Below are positions 1-8,774 of a DNA stretch of 24,000 nucleotides, piece after piece. How positions within the stretch are numbered: position 1 is the stretch's first letter; every line of letters begins with the position of its first letter. A model generated the notes under the pieces. That model saw only the letters and a program-made list of their open reading frames with translations. It had not been told where the DNA came from and ran no database searches. The DNA comes from Candidatus Erwinia impunctatus (GTDB lineage Bacteria > Pseudomonadota > Gammaproteobacteria > Enterobacterales > Enterobacteriaceae): NCBI GenBank assembly GCA_964016415.1, contig OZ024666.1:1011310-1035309 (forward strand), given 5' to 3'. The position numbers and the translations under genes are program-made.

Positions 1-890
1 TGATCATCAAACGTTCACTAGCCAGAGGGTTATTTACCCTGAAAACCTGGGGAATGGCTGAGATATTTCTCGCCGGTGTGCTGGTGAGTTTCGTGAAATT
101 AATGGCGTATGGTGATATCGGCGTCGGTAGCAGCTTTTTGCCCTGGTGTCTGTTTTGCGTACTGCAATTGAGAGCATTTCAGTGTGTTGATCGGCGGATA
201 TTGTGGCAAAAAATTGCTCCGGTACCGCGGTTGCCCTCAGTCCCTGTTGCTGGTCAGGCTGGACTAGGTCAGGGATTACGCTCCTGTCACTGCTGCACGG
301 CCATTTTGTCCATTGACCAGCGAACGTGTCCCCGTTGTGCCACACGTGGATATGCACGGCGACGGCATAGCCTGCAGTGGACATTGGCTCTGCTGCTCAC
401 CTCGTTGATCCTGTACATTCCCGCCAATATGCTGCCGATGATGGTCACTGAGGCATTAGGTAATAAAATCACCTCGACGATTATGGCTGGTGTGATTCTG
501 CTCTGGAGTGATGGTTCATACCCGGTTGCGCTGGTGATATTTATCGCAAGTATTATGGTGCCTTCGTTGAAAATGCTGGCTATTGCCTGGCTTTGCTGGG
601 ATGCCAATGCCCGAAGAACCGACAGGGGCGATAGGGAACGCATGCACAGAATCTACGAGGTTGTGGAGTTTGTCGGACGCTGGTCGATGATCGATGTTTT
701 TGTTATTGCGGTATTGTCTGCACTGGTACGCATCGGCGGTTTAATGAATATATACCCGGATGTCGGTGTGCAGTTGTTTGCGATGGTGGTCATTTTGACA
801 ATGTTTGCTGCCATGGTGTTTGATCCCAGATTGACCTGGGATCGTCTGAATATGAAAAAGAATGAGGAAGCTGTCCGTGAAGAAAAATGA
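1..890 (+). CDS. pqiA: PqiA (paraquat-inducible / intermembrane transport protein A), 3' ~295 codons; the 5' end lies upstream of the window
   Basis: Frame 3 is open from nt 3 (IIKRSLARGLFTLKTWG-MAEIFLAGVLVSFVKLMAYG), so the track ATG at 54 is internal. The protein is polytopic and hydrophobic, with paired CxxC motifs (CHCCTAIL..CPRC). It is collinear with my memory of the C-terminal two thirds of E. coli PqiA and is followed by overlapping pqiB and pqiC. Confidence 0.9.
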   Translation, partial: IIKRSLARGLFTLKTWGMAEIFLAGVLVSFVKLMAYGDIGVGSSFLPWCLFCVLQLRAFQCVDRRILWQKIAPVPRLPSVPVAGQAGLGQGLRSCHCCTAILSIDQRTCPRCATRGYARRRHSLQWTLALLLTSLILYIPANMLPMMVTEALGNKITSTIMAGVILLWSDGSYPVALVIFIASIMVPSLKMLAIAWLCWDANARRTDRGDRERMHRIYEVVEFVGRWSMIDVFVIAVLSALVRIGGLMNIYPDVGVQLFAMVVILTMFAAMVFDPRLTWDRLNMKKNEEAVREEK

Positions 891-2520
891 CCTCGAAACG
901 GCTAACATTGATCAAATTAAGCGTTGGTCACCGGTGTGGATTGTTCCTCTGGTTACCCTGTTCATTGGTGCCTGGATCCTGTTTTATCATTTTAGCCACC
1001 AGGGGCCTGTCATTGTTTTCACTACCACCAATGCCGAAGGTATCGTGGCTGGCAAAACAACAATAAAAAGTCGCAGTGTCGATGTGGGTGTTGTTGAAAC
1101 CATGGTGCTTACTGATGACTTACACCATGTTGAAATCACCGCACGACTTAACAGTGGAATGGAAAAACTGCTGAAGCAGGACAGCGTGTTTTGGGTGGTG
1201 AAACCGGCGATTGGTAAAGAGGGGGTAACCGGCTTAGGTACTCTTTTATCAGGGGCTTATATCGAATTGCAACCGGGAAGTAGCAAAGAAAGCAGTCGGA
1301 ATTTCGCATTACTTTCTTCGCCACCTCTCGCACCACCAGATGCGAAAGGTATCAGGGTTACCCTTGACAGTGACAAAGCGGGGCAACTGACACCGGGTGA
1401 TCCGGTATTGTTCCGTGGCTACAGAGTGGGTTCGGTTGAGGCTAGTGGCTTTGATGCAGATAAGCGAATGATGACTTATCAGCTGTTTATTGGTGCGCCA
1501 TATGACCGTTTGATTACCACCAATGTACGATTCTGGAAAGAGAGTGGTATCGCTTTTGATATGTCGGGCTCGGGCATGCGCATTGAAATGACTTCACTGA
1601 CAACATTATTTAGCGGAGGGGTAAGTTTTGATGTTCCTGATGGTTTTGAGCTCGGGCAATTAGCACAGAACAAGGCTGAATATAAGTTATTCGATAACAA
1701 GAAGAGTATTCAGGATTCTCTTTACTCTGAGCATACTGATTTTGTCATGCTATTCAATGACTCTATCCGGGGGCTACAGCCGGGAGCCACTGTTGAATTT
1801 CGCGGGATCCGTTTAGGTACAGTAGCTGAAGTCCCTTATCAGAAACCGGATCTGGCACAACGTATGGACAATGATTACCGCATCCCGGTATTGATCAGGA
1901 TTGAACCTGATCGTTTCGAAAGCATGTTGGGAAGAGATTTTGATATTAACATGCACTTGCGCGAGAGTATTGGCGCTGGATTACGTGCATCATTGAAATC
2001 TGCCAATTTACTGACGGGATCATTGTATGTCGATCTCGACTTCTATCAAAAAGCTGATCGTTACACCGGACCTTATGAGTTCGCGGGGTATCCTTTAATA
2101 CCCACTATGAGTGGTGGTCTGAATCAGATTCAGCAAAAAGTGATGGAAGCGTTGGACAAGATTAATAAATTACCGCTTAATCCGTTGATCACTCAGGCTA
2201 CAAACACGCTGCAAGAGAGTCAGAACACACTGAAGTCGATGCAAAAGACAATCGACAGCATGAATCAAATCATCAGCAGTCCGGCGATGAAAGCACTGCC
2301 GGAAGAGACTCAGCAAACGTTGCGTGAACTCAATCGCAGCATGAAAGGATTCCAGCCGGGTTCACCTGCTTACAACAAGATGGTGGCTGATATGCAGCGC
2401 CTGGATCAGGTGCTACGTGAATTACAGCCAGTACTCAGAACATTGAATACCAAAAGTAATGCGCTGGTGTTTGAAGCAAAACCGGGAGAGGATCCCCAGC
2501 CAGTAAGGGCGAAAAAATGA
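862..2520 (+). CDS. pqiB: PqiB, MCE-domain intermembrane transport protein
   Basis: 552-aa ORF with an N-terminal TM helix (WSPVWIVPLVTLFIGAWILFY), MCE-like repeats and a long Q/L-rich helical C-terminus. It is strongly collinear with E. coli PqiB (546 aa, from memory). It overlaps the pqiA stop by 29 nt. An alternative GTG start at 877, preceded by GAGGA at 864-868, is equally plausible. Confidence 0.93.
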   Translation: MRKLSVKKNDLETANIDQIKRWSPVWIVPLVTLFIGAWILFYHFSHQGPVIVFTTTNAEGIVAGKTTIKSRSVDVGVVETMVLTDDLHHVEITARLNSGMEKLLKQDSVFWVVKPAIGKEGVTGLGTLLSGAYIELQPGSSKESSRNFALLSSPPLAPPDAKGIRVTLDSDKAGQLTPGDPVLFRGYRVGSVEASGFDADKRMMTYQLFIGAPYDRLITTNVRFWKESGIAFDMSGSGMRIEMTSLTTLFSGGVSFDVPDGFELGQLAQNKAEYKLFDNKKSIQDSLYSEHTDFVMLFNDSIRGLQPGATVEFRGIRLGTVAEVPYQKPDLAQRMDNDYRIPVLIRIEPDRFESMLGRDFDINMHLRESIGAGLRASLKSANLLTGSLYVDLDFYQKADRYTGPYEFAGYPLIPTMSGGLNQIQQKVMEALDKINKLPLNPLITQATNTLQESQNTLKSMQKTIDSMNQIISSPAMKALPEETQQTLRELNRSMKGFQPGSPAYNKMVADMQRLDQVLRELQPVLRTLNTKSNALVFEAKPGEDPQPVRAKK

Positions 2521-3089
2521 AAACTATGGCACTAATTGTGTTAATAACAGCGCTGACCGGCTGCAGTAGTACGCCGGTAACACGCTATTACCAGTTACCT
2601 GCTGACACGGCGGCAACGAGCGACGAAGTTGTGTATGAAAAAAGCGAAACCCAGTCGGCAGTCTGGGTGGAGCCTGTTGCATTAACTGATGCACTCGCCG
2701 GTAGTGGAATTGTGTATCAGCAGAGCGATGTTCAGTATGTGATAGCCAGCACCAATTTATGGGCAACACCACTTGATCAGCAGTTACAACTGGCTCTTAT
2801 TGGTGATCTTTCCCGGCAACTTCCCGGCAGATTAATTTCAGGGCAACCGCTTGGAGCAGACCCTCTACGTTTAAGTGTTTCTGTTAATGGGTTTCACGGG
2901 CGTTACGACGGCAGTGTGGTCATCACTGGCAACTGGATTCTTGATAATCAGGGTACACTGATTAGTCGAAGTTTCTCGATGAGCCTGCCCCAGAGTGAGG
3001 ATGGCTATGATGCGCTGGTAGCCACTTTAGCTAAAGGGTGGCATCAGGAGTCCAAAAATCTTGCTGATGTGATCCGTAACACAAAATAA
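2517..3089 (+). CDS. pqiC: PqiC (YmbA) outer-membrane lipoprotein of the Pqi system
   Basis: 190 aa with a lipoprotein signal peptide and lipobox LTG|C (MKTMALIVLITALTGCSS). The start is ATGA-coupled to the pqiB stop (2517-2520). Size and position match K-12 ymbA/pqiC. Confidence 0.9.
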   Translation: MKTMALIVLITALTGCSSTPVTRYYQLPADTAATSDEVVYEKSETQSAVWVEPVALTDALAGSGIVYQQSDVQYVIASTNLWATPLDQQLQLALIGDLSRQLPGRLISGQPLGADPLRLSVSVNGFHGRYDGSVVITGNWILDNQGTLISRSFSMSLPQSEDGYDALVATLAKGWHQESKNLADVIRNTK

Positions 3090-3106
3090 TCTTCTGTTGT
3101 TGTGCG

Positions 3107-3139
3107 ATGCGTTGTCTTTTCGGGCAACGCATTTTTTTT
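3107..3139 (+). terminator. Rho-independent terminator of the pqiABC operon
   Basis: 8-bp stem atgcgttg (3107-3114) / caacgcat (3125-3132), followed by a T8 run (3132-3139), 18 nt after the pqiC stop. Confidence 0.8.
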
Positions 3140-3326
3140 ACAAACAGCATGTTGCCGCGGCAAATGGCTGGTGATGGTGTGGTTTAATGTCAGAATGATG
3201 AAAATGGTATGAACTTTGCGCATTGATTTTCATACCCAATGACGTTAAAACTAGATGTGGTTGTATAGTAAATAACCACAAAATTTTACACATATTCCGA
3301 CTAACCTGAATAAGGGGAGCTGAGGC

Positions 3327-3497
3327 ATGATGAAGAGACAGAAACGTGACCGACTGGAACGTGCGCATTCCAGAGGATATCAGGCTGGTATCAGCGGACA
3401 TAATAAAGAGATGTGCCCTTACCAGACACTTGATGCCAGGCCACATTGGCTGGGAGGCTGGAGAAGAGCGATGGAACATAAAATACTTGCTCACTGA
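3327..3497 (+). CDS. rmf: Ribosome modulation factor Rmf (55-56 aa; below the size cutoff of the ORF track)
   Basis: ATGATG at 3327/3330 with GGGGAG at 3314-3319. Translation M(M)KRQKRDRLERAHSRGYQAGISGHNKEMCPYQTLDARPHWLGGWRRAMEHKILAH, stop TGA 3495-3497. This is nearly identical over the first ~45 residues to E. coli Rmf from memory. The pqiC/fabA position is the K-12 position. Confidence 0.9.
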   Translation: MMKRQKRDRLERAHSRGYQAGISGHNKEMCPYQTLDARPHWLGGWRRAMEHKILAH

Positions 3498-3510
3498 TTT
3501 TCAGTCAGCC

Positions 3511-3537
3511 ACAACCTCCACTGTTGGTGGAGGTTGT
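3511..3537. terminator. Hairpin between convergent rmf and fabA (probable bidirectional terminator)
   Basis: acaacctccac (3511-3521), loop tgtt, then ggtggaggttgt (3526-3537). The stem is GC-rich and 11 bp. The flanking T/A tracts are weak, hence moderate confidence. Confidence 0.55.
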
Positions 3538-3554
3538 CTGTCCTGACCCGGAAA

Positions 3555-4073
3555 TCAGAACTGGGTGGTATCTTTGAACAAACCCACTTTAAGATCGGTC
3601 GCCGTGTAAATCACTTTACCATCAACCAATACTTCACCGTCCGCAACCCCCATTACCAGCTTGCGATTGATGACACGTTTAAATTGAATACGGTAGGTGA
3701 CTTTCCGGGCGCTTGGCAGTACCTGCCCGGTAAATTTGACCTCACCGACACCAAGCGCGCGACCTTTGCCTTCTGCACCCAACCAGCCGAGATAAAAACC
3801 CACTAATTGCCACATGGCATCAAGACCAAGGCAACCAGGCATGACAGGATCGCCAATAAAATGGCAGTCGAAAAACCATAAATCAGGATGAATATCCAGT
3901 TCAGCTTCGACGAAGCCTTTATCATAATTACCACCATCTTCACGCATATCGATGACGCGATCCATCATCAGCATATTGCCGGAAGGTAATGGCGGGCCGC
4001 CAGCACCAAAAAGTTCACTGCGACCTGACGCGATGAGGTCTTCTTTGGTATAGGATGAGCGTTTATCTACCAT
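3555..4073 (-). CDS. fabA: 3-hydroxydecanoyl-ACP dehydratase/isomerase FabA
   Basis: 172 aa, starting [30 protein letters not shown], with the active-site region [24 protein letters not shown]. Same length as E. coli FabA and near-identical from memory. Confidence 0.97.
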   Translation of the reverse strand: MVDKRSSYTKEDLIASGRSELFGAGGPPLPSGNMLMMDRVIDMREDGGNYDKGFVEAELDIHPDLWFFDCHFIGDPVMPGCLGLDAMWQLVGFYLGWLGAEGKGRALGVGEVKFTGQVLPSARKVTYRIQFKRVINRKLVMGVADGEVLVDGKVIYTATDLKVGLFKDTTQF

Positions 4074-4125
4074 ATTGTTAATAAGCCTTGTTAAGTTTGA
4101 GACGAAGCGTAACCTGCTGACAAGA

Positions 4126-4146
4126 GCAGAACAACTCCGATCAGTG
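4126..4146 (-). promoter_or_regulatory. FadR-type operator upstream of fabA
   Basis: The minus strand reads cACTGATCGGAgTTGTTCtGC. From memory the E. coli fabA FadR site is AACTGATCGGACTTGTTCAGC, and the distance to the ATG is about the same (~72 nt). The site overlaps the ycbZ stop codon. Confidence 0.5.
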
Positions 4147-5901
4147 TCGATTAAATTTACTCAGCCAGCGTAAAGGCCAGGGCAGATGGCTTTTTTCCTG
4201 CTGGGTTATCTGTTCTATACGTTGCTGTATTGTGCCGAAAAGACCATTATCATCGTTGTCGCGCCAGACTTGTCCCGTTAACAGAGGTAACGCATCAGTA
4301 ACACGCTCTATCGTCCAGATGTGGAACTGTTTTTCTCTGACCGCATCGACAACATCCTGATGCAAAGCAAGATGCCGTTGGTTGGCTACAGGGATAATGA
4401 CACCCTGCGTACCATCAAGTCCACGTGCTGCGCACAAAGTGAAAAAGCTTTCAATTTTCTCATTCACCCCACCCACCTGCAACACATGGCCGAATTGATC
4501 AATAGCACCAGTGACAGCGATATTCTGCTTCACGGGTTGTTCTGCCAGTGCACTGATCATCACGCACAATTCAGCCAGTGAGGCGCTGTCGCCATCGACT
4601 TCAGCATACGATTGTTCAAATACCAGTGAGGCTGAAAATGGCAGCTGCTGTTCGAGTTCCAGGTTGGTCATTAGCCACGCCTGCATGATCATCATGCCTT
4701 TGGCATGAATGTTACCAGCCAGTTCTGCTTTACGTTCAACATCGGTAAATTCACCGTCTCCGGTATGTACAACGCAACTAATACGTGATGGTTCACCAAA
4801 CGGCAGGGGATGGCCAGGAAAATCGACCACACAAAGTGCATTTATTTGGCCGATCACCGCTCCCTCGGTGGCAATAAGAATTTGCTGTTGCAAAATGTCA
4901 TCCATCACCCGCTCAGCCAATGCACTTTGCTGCCAGTCTCTTTTCTGTAACGCCTGATCCAGAGCATTACCGGTCAGCAACGCTGACTGATCGATGAAAC
5001 GACAGGCATCCTGGTACTGGCGAATGAGCCAGGCTGGTGCAAGTGGAAGATAGAATTGATCTCCTGTATAGCGCGCTCCTTCATGGATAAGCCTGGGCCA
5101 GAAATCAGCACTGATAGCACGATTTTTCAATCCAGGAACCGCGGCGCTGACCCAATCTAACCACTGCTGACATGAATCACTATCGCTGACTTGCAACTCT
5201 TCGTCACATTCACTGTAGATAGCCAGCTGGGCTATCTGTGGTTCCATTGCCTGAAATTCAGCGAGGCTGTCACGTTCACCAATCAATACCAGTCGCAGAG
5301 ATAAAGGCAACGGCGGAATGGTTACCGGAATTGGCTTATGAGGGTTCGGTGAGTACCAGTCGAAACGCTGAACTGTGATCATCTCTTTTAAGCGCAGCCA
5401 AAGCTGGGGTTGCAACAGTAATGTTCTTAGTGACAATACCAGTACACCACCATTTGCTTTATGTACTAATCCAGGGATTAATTCCAGACGGCCTTGATGC
5501 TGGCGGACACAACCAAACAGTTGTTCAGCTTCGATCCAATGAGCGATATGTACACCACCCGTTGTGGCAAAATTATCCTGCGCAGTGGTGGCTGGTTGCC
5601 AGTGGATGCTATCTTCTTCGATAGTGTAGTGACCGCCGTAACAGCTATTTTCTTTATTGCTGTTAGCTTCGGTCAGTATGCTTTCCAGCATGGTCAGACT
5701 GGCCGGATGTTCTGCCATTTTCACTAACATAAGAGGAAACGTGGCCTCTGTCTGTAATAGCAGGGTGAGGGCATCGGCGAGACGAGGCTGCACCTTGGCC
5801 AGTGTGGCTGTGGTGGAAGAAACATCCCCATTGAATAATTGTTCAAAACCAGAGGTATCTGGCTGTAATTGATACCATTCCAGACTATGATGATTGATCA
5901 A
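4141..5901 (-). CDS. ycbZ: Lon-protease-like protein YcbZ/LonH
   Basis: The C-terminal Lon proteolytic-domain signature is visible ([40 protein letters not shown]). The ORF is collinear with E. coli YcbZ. The track ORF runs to ATG 6003 (620 aa). A TTG at 5901 gives 586 aa, which equals K-12 YcbZ, and aligns [16 protein letters not shown] with MTITKLAWRDLVPDT. Neither start has a good SD, so the start is uncertain. Confidence 0.85.
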   Translation of the reverse strand: MINHHSLEWYQLQPDTSGFEQLFNGDVSSTTATLAKVQPRLADALTLLLQTEATFPLMLVKMAEHPASLTMLESILTEANSNKENSCYGGHYTIEEDSIHWQPATTAQDNFATTGGVHIAHWIEAEQLFGCVRQHQGRLELIPGLVHKANGGVLVLSLRTLLLQPQLWLRLKEMITVQRFDWYSPNPHKPIPVTIPPLPLSLRLVLIGERDSLAEFQAMEPQIAQLAIYSECDEELQVSDSDSCQQWLDWVSAAVPGLKNRAISADFWPRLIHEGARYTGDQFYLPLAPAWLIRQYQDACRFIDQSALLTGNALDQALQKRDWQQSALAERVMDDILQQQILIATEGAVIGQINALCVVDFPGHPLPFGEPSRISCVVHTGDGEFTDVERKAELAGNIHAKGMMIMQAWLMTNLELEQQLPFSASLVFEQSYAEVDGDSASLAELCVMISALAEQPVKQNIAVTGAIDQFGHVLQVGGVNEKIESFFTLCAARGLDGTQGVIIPVANQRHLALHQDVVDAVREKQFHIWTIERVTDALPLLTGQVWRDNDDNGLFGTIQQRIEQITQQEKSHLPWPLRWLSKFNRH

Positions 5902-6077
5902 GTTATTGTCTTTTTTGCTGAATAAAAGCGGTATTATACAGACTTTGGTGCTGTTAAGCACGGTACAGATACAGAGATAAAAACCATGAAAGAAATGCGA
6001 CATGGCGTAGTTTTCTGTAGATGGCAGAAAAATCGGTTATCCTTGTCTGGCAGGTGTGATTGGCGAGTGGGACTCAG

Positions 6078-6539
6078 ATGAAATATCAGCAACTGGAAAA
6101 TCTTGAAAGTAACTGGAAGTGGAAATACCTGATCAAAAAAAATCAGGAAGGCGAGGCCATCACGCGATATGTTGAGCGCAGCGCCGCGGAGGTCGCTGTA
6201 GCCGAGCTGGTCGCAGTCGCACACCAACCTGAGGCCATTCACGCGTGGATCACGCATCATATTAATCCACAGTTAGAAAACCGCATGAAGCAGACGATCC
6301 GTGCGAGAAGAAAGCGTCATTTTAATGCTGAGCAATTACACACACGTAAAAAATCAATCGATTTAGAGTACCGGGTCTGGCAACGATTAGCGGCATTAGC
6401 TCAGCGCAGAAACAATACGTTATCCGGGACAATTGTGCAGTTAATCGAAGATGCGGAACACAAAGAAAAATATGCTACACAAATCACCTCATTACGTGAT
6501 TCGCTGCAAAGTATGTTAAAAAATGGTGAGAGTGAATAA
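6078..6539 (+). CDS. matP: Ter macrodomain organiser MatP
   Basis: From ATG 6078 the translation [21 protein letters not shown]...[28 protein letters not shown] matches E. coli MatP from memory. The track start at 6060 is a TTG extension. Confidence 0.92.
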   Translation: MKYQQLENLESNWKWKYLIKKNQEGEAITRYVERSAAEVAVAELVAVAHQPEAIHAWITHHINPQLENRMKQTIRARRKRHFNAEQLHTRKKSIDLEYRVWQRLAALAQRRNNTLSGTIVQLIEDAEHKEKYATQITSLRDSLQSMLKNGESE

Positions 6540-6540
6540 A

Positions 6541-6563
6541 AAAACCCCGCAAAGCGGGGTTTT
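6541..6563. terminator. Bidirectional rho-independent terminator shared by matP and ompA
   Basis: aaaa-ccccgc-aaa-gcgggg-tttt: a perfect GC stem flanked by an A run and a T run, lying between the convergent stops at 6539 and 6578. Confidence 0.85.
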
Positions 6564-6577
6564 GTAAGAACGCATTA

Positions 6578-7651
6578 TTAAGCCTGAGGCTGAGTAACTA
6601 CGTCTTTGATGCCTTTAACTTCGATCTCTACGCGACGATCCGGAGCCAGACATTCGATCTGTGCAGCTTTGCCTTTCACGCTCTCACAGGTATTACCAGT
6701 CACAGGGTTAGATTTGCCCATACCACGTGCAGAGATTTTATTAGCAGGGATACCTTTAGAAACCAGGTAGTTAACCACTGATTCAGCACGTTTTTCAGAC
6801 AGTTTGTGGTTATACTCTTCTGAGCCGATGCGGTCAGTGAAGCCTAATACCACTACAGAACCATCTTTAGGATCCAGTGAGTTCAACTGGCTGTAAAGCT
6901 GATCCAGTGCCATTGAACCTTCTGTTTTCAACGTTGCTTTGTTGAAGTTGAACAGTACGTCAGATTTCAGAGTGAAACGCTTAGTCTGAACAACTGGAGC
7001 CGGAGCTGGAGCTGGTGCAGGAGCAGGAGCTACGTAAACATCATCCTGACCGAAACGGTAGGATACACCCACGCTCAAGGTACCATTGTCTGGACGAGTA
7101 CCTACAGTCTGCGCGTCGCCAATGTTGTTAATCCATTGGTAATCAAGACGGGTTGCCCAGTTTTTAGTCAGTGCATATTCAACACCCACCGCAGCCAGTG
7201 GAGAAACTCCAGTATCGTGATCACCGAAGTTACCATAGGTGTCATTATACTGTTTAGATTCTGCACGCCATACGAAAGCACCCAGACGTGTATACACATC
7301 CAGATCATCCGCAATTGGGTAGCTCAGCTTAGTTGCCAGCTGCACGCCCTGCGCTTTGAATGCGCCATTAATTGCGTCGCCTTTGTGAGGCATGCGGCCT
7401 AACCAGTCATAACCCAGCTCGAAACCGAGATAAGGATTAGCCTGATAGCCCAAGAACGCACCAGCACCGAGCTGGCTTTCGTGGGTTGGGCCGTCGTTAT
7501 TTTCATAACCGTTACCGTAGAAACCAGTGTCATGATACTGGGACCAGCCCAGTTTAGCACCAGTATACCAGGTGTTGTCTTTCGGTGCGGCCTGCGCTAC
7601 GGTAGCGAAGCCTGCCAGTGCCACTGCAATTGCGATAGCTGTCTTTTTCAT
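6578..7651 (-). CDS. ompA: Outer membrane protein A (OmpA)
   Basis: ATG at 7651 preceded by GAGG (minus strand aacGAGGcgcgaaATG). Signal peptide [21 protein letters not shown]|APKDNTWY, a beta-barrel domain, an (AP)6 hinge and a C-terminal OmpA-like domain (..[24 protein letters not shown]..). The track start at 7681 is an upstream extension. Confidence 0.97.
   Translation of the reverse strand: MKKTAIAIAVALAGFATVAQAAPKDNTWYTGAKLGWSQYHDTGFYGNGYENNDGPTHESQLGAGAFLGYQANPYLGFELGYDWLGRMPHKGDAINGAFKAQGVQLATKLSYPIADDLDVYTRLGAFVWRAESKQYNDTYGNFGDHDTGVSPLAAVGVEYALTKNWATRLDYQWINNIGDAQTVGTRPDNGTLSVGVSYRFGQDDVYVAPAPAPAPAPAPVVQTKRFTLKSDVLFNFNKATLKTEGSMALDQLYSQLNSLDPKDGSVVVLGFTDRIGSEEYNHKLSEKRAESVVNYLVSKGIPANKISARGMGKSNPVTGNTCESVKGKAAQIECLAPDRRVEIEVKGIKDVVTQPQA
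6993..7028 (-). repeat. Imperfect 6-nt tandem repeat encoding the OmpA (Ala-Pro)6 hinge
   Basis: The minus strand reads gct cct gct cct gca cca gct cca gct ccg gct cca, giving [12 protein letters not shown]. Confidence 0.85.
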
Positions 7652-7772
7652 TTCGCGCCTCGTTATCATCCAAATAGGCAATGAGCTTTAGTTAGCCCTA
7701 TGGTTTAATCCTGTGCCGGGTAAAAAAGCCCCTCCGATACCTGTTCAAATAAAGAGTATCGGATACCCAGAC
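7652..7772 (-). promoter_or_regulatory. ompA long 5' UTR (stabilising hairpins; region bound by the MicA sRNA adjacent to the SD in E. coli)
   Basis: The minus strand ends ..tatttggatgataacgaggcgcgaaATG, close to the E. coli ompA leader end from memory. A hairpin tccgatac..gtatcgga lies near the 5' end. Confidence 0.6.
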
Positions 7773-7807
7773 GTCGTAGAGTCTACAACGTAACAGAGAA
7801 CTTACAA
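7773..7807 (-). promoter_or_regulatory. ompA promoter
   Basis: The minus strand reads TTGTAA (7807-7802), a 16-nt spacer, then TAGACT (7785-7780). This matches the remembered E. coli ompA promoter string cTTGTAAgtt..acgttgTAGACT. Confidence 0.55.
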
Positions 7808-7994
7808 GTAAGATATGCGGCCGAAGGCTAAAAAAACTGTCTTTAATTATGTGAAATTAGTTGTTTGATGCTTTTTCAAACAATCTTTTTTTTTAGCTGA
7901 TGACAGTAAACTCATGCTCTGTCTGCCCGGAGTATCGGTTTATCCTTTTCAGGAAGACCGAAATTGAGCAGGATGAGAAAAGTCTCATTTTTAG

Positions 7995-8501
7995 TTAGTG
8001 GTACGATGTGACAGATATTTTATCGTGAAATGAAACACCTGGCAGGCCATCATTTTTATCCGTAGACAAAATGATCCCCAATGCATTACCCGTAGCGGCG
8101 GCAAGTTCAAGTTGCTGGCGTTGGGAGTCTGTGACATCTTCGGTGATGCATCCGACTACGGCGCTGTAATTGCCGGTCTGCAAGGCTTTTATCATCATAG
8201 CAACAGTCAGACAGGGCACCTGACGCGAAATTTGCATCACTTTACTCAGCGGTAATCCTGATTGCTGAAGCCATTGTGTGCTCAGACGACGCTGGGGGGT
8301 TAACCACAACTGCCAGCGAGACTGGAGAGCGAGTTGTTGCAGCAGAGGCAATAAAATATGCTGCATTGCTTCAGGCTGATGTACAGTATGGATATTTCCG
8401 GTACTCATGCCATAAGATAACGCTCTCATCTGTTGTCCACTGAAGTTGCCCGTAGTGGGGGTAATATTGTCGTAAGGAAGCCGTGGGAGCGTAATGGACA
8501 T
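7995..8501 (-). CDS. sulA: SOS cell-division inhibitor SulA
   Basis: 168 aa. The core LLPLLQQLALQSRWQLWLTPQRRLSTQWLQQSGLPLSKVMQISR..TGNYSAVVG is highly similar to E. coli SulA. A GAGG SD precedes the ATG at 8501 and a LexA box lies just upstream. Confidence 0.93.
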   Translation of the reverse strand: MSITLPRLPYDNITPTTGNFSGQQMRALSYGMSTGNIHTVHQPEAMQHILLPLLQQLALQSRWQLWLTPQRRLSTQWLQQSGLPLSKVMQISRQVPCLTVAMMIKALQTGNYSAVVGCITEDVTDSQRQQLELAAATGNALGIILSTDKNDGLPGVSFHDKISVTSYH

Positions 8502-8521
8502 CTGGGTAACCTCGCCTGAAT

Positions 8522-8541
8522 AACTGTATGGATGTACAGTA
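8522..8541 (-). promoter_or_regulatory. LexA (SOS) box of sulA
   Basis: The plus strand reads aaCTGTatggatgtACAGta (CTGT-N8-ACAG). Its reverse complement tactgtacatccatacagtt is almost identical to the E. coli sulA operator TACTGTACATCCATACAGTA as I recall it. Confidence 0.88.
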
Positions 8542-8774
8542 TTTCATGTGAAATAAAAAATTAATACGGTTTACACAACCGGAATGGTGTTTTTTTACTC
8601 TTTCGCTATTGGGCTCAACTGCGTGGGAGGTAAACAGCGCTCATTTTGCTCCCTGCCGGGAAGAATGGGTACTGTGGCGTGTTTTAGTCCCGGCCATGCG
8701 CTGCTGTTTTCTGTGGGGCAGGCTTTATCAAATAAGACGGTTCCGCCGTGAATTACTCTTCAGGAGTAGTTAAC

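Noticed and set aside
34-643. Track ORFs 34..384(-) and 287..643(-), 116 and 118 aa
   Set aside because: They lie entirely antisense to and nested in pqiA, which has a strong homologue-supported frame. Their composition looks like shadow-ORF translation.
3138-3546. Track ORFs 3138..3494(-) 118 aa and 3346..3546(+) 66 aa
   Set aside because: They overlap rmf in other frames. The 55-56-aa Rmf frame (3327-3497) has an SD and near-identity to a known protein; these two have neither.
3534-3806. Track ORF 3534..3806(+) 90 aa
   Set aside because: Antisense shadow of fabA.
4321-5872. Six plus-strand track ORFs (65-86 aa) inside the ycbZ region
   Set aside because: All are antisense to the Lon-like gene, with low-complexity Ser/Cys/Ala-rich translations typical of shadow frames.
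5934-6260. Track ORF 5934..6260(-) 108 aa spanning the ycbZ/matP divergent region
   Set aside because: It overlaps the matP N-terminus antisense and the promoter region. It has no SD, and MatP occupies the locus convincingly.
7652-7681. 10-codon upstream extension of ompA ([10 protein letters not shown]-)
   Set aside because: The canonical signal peptide starts at ATG 7651, which is preceded by GAGG. The extension would cover the SD and the conserved 5' UTR.
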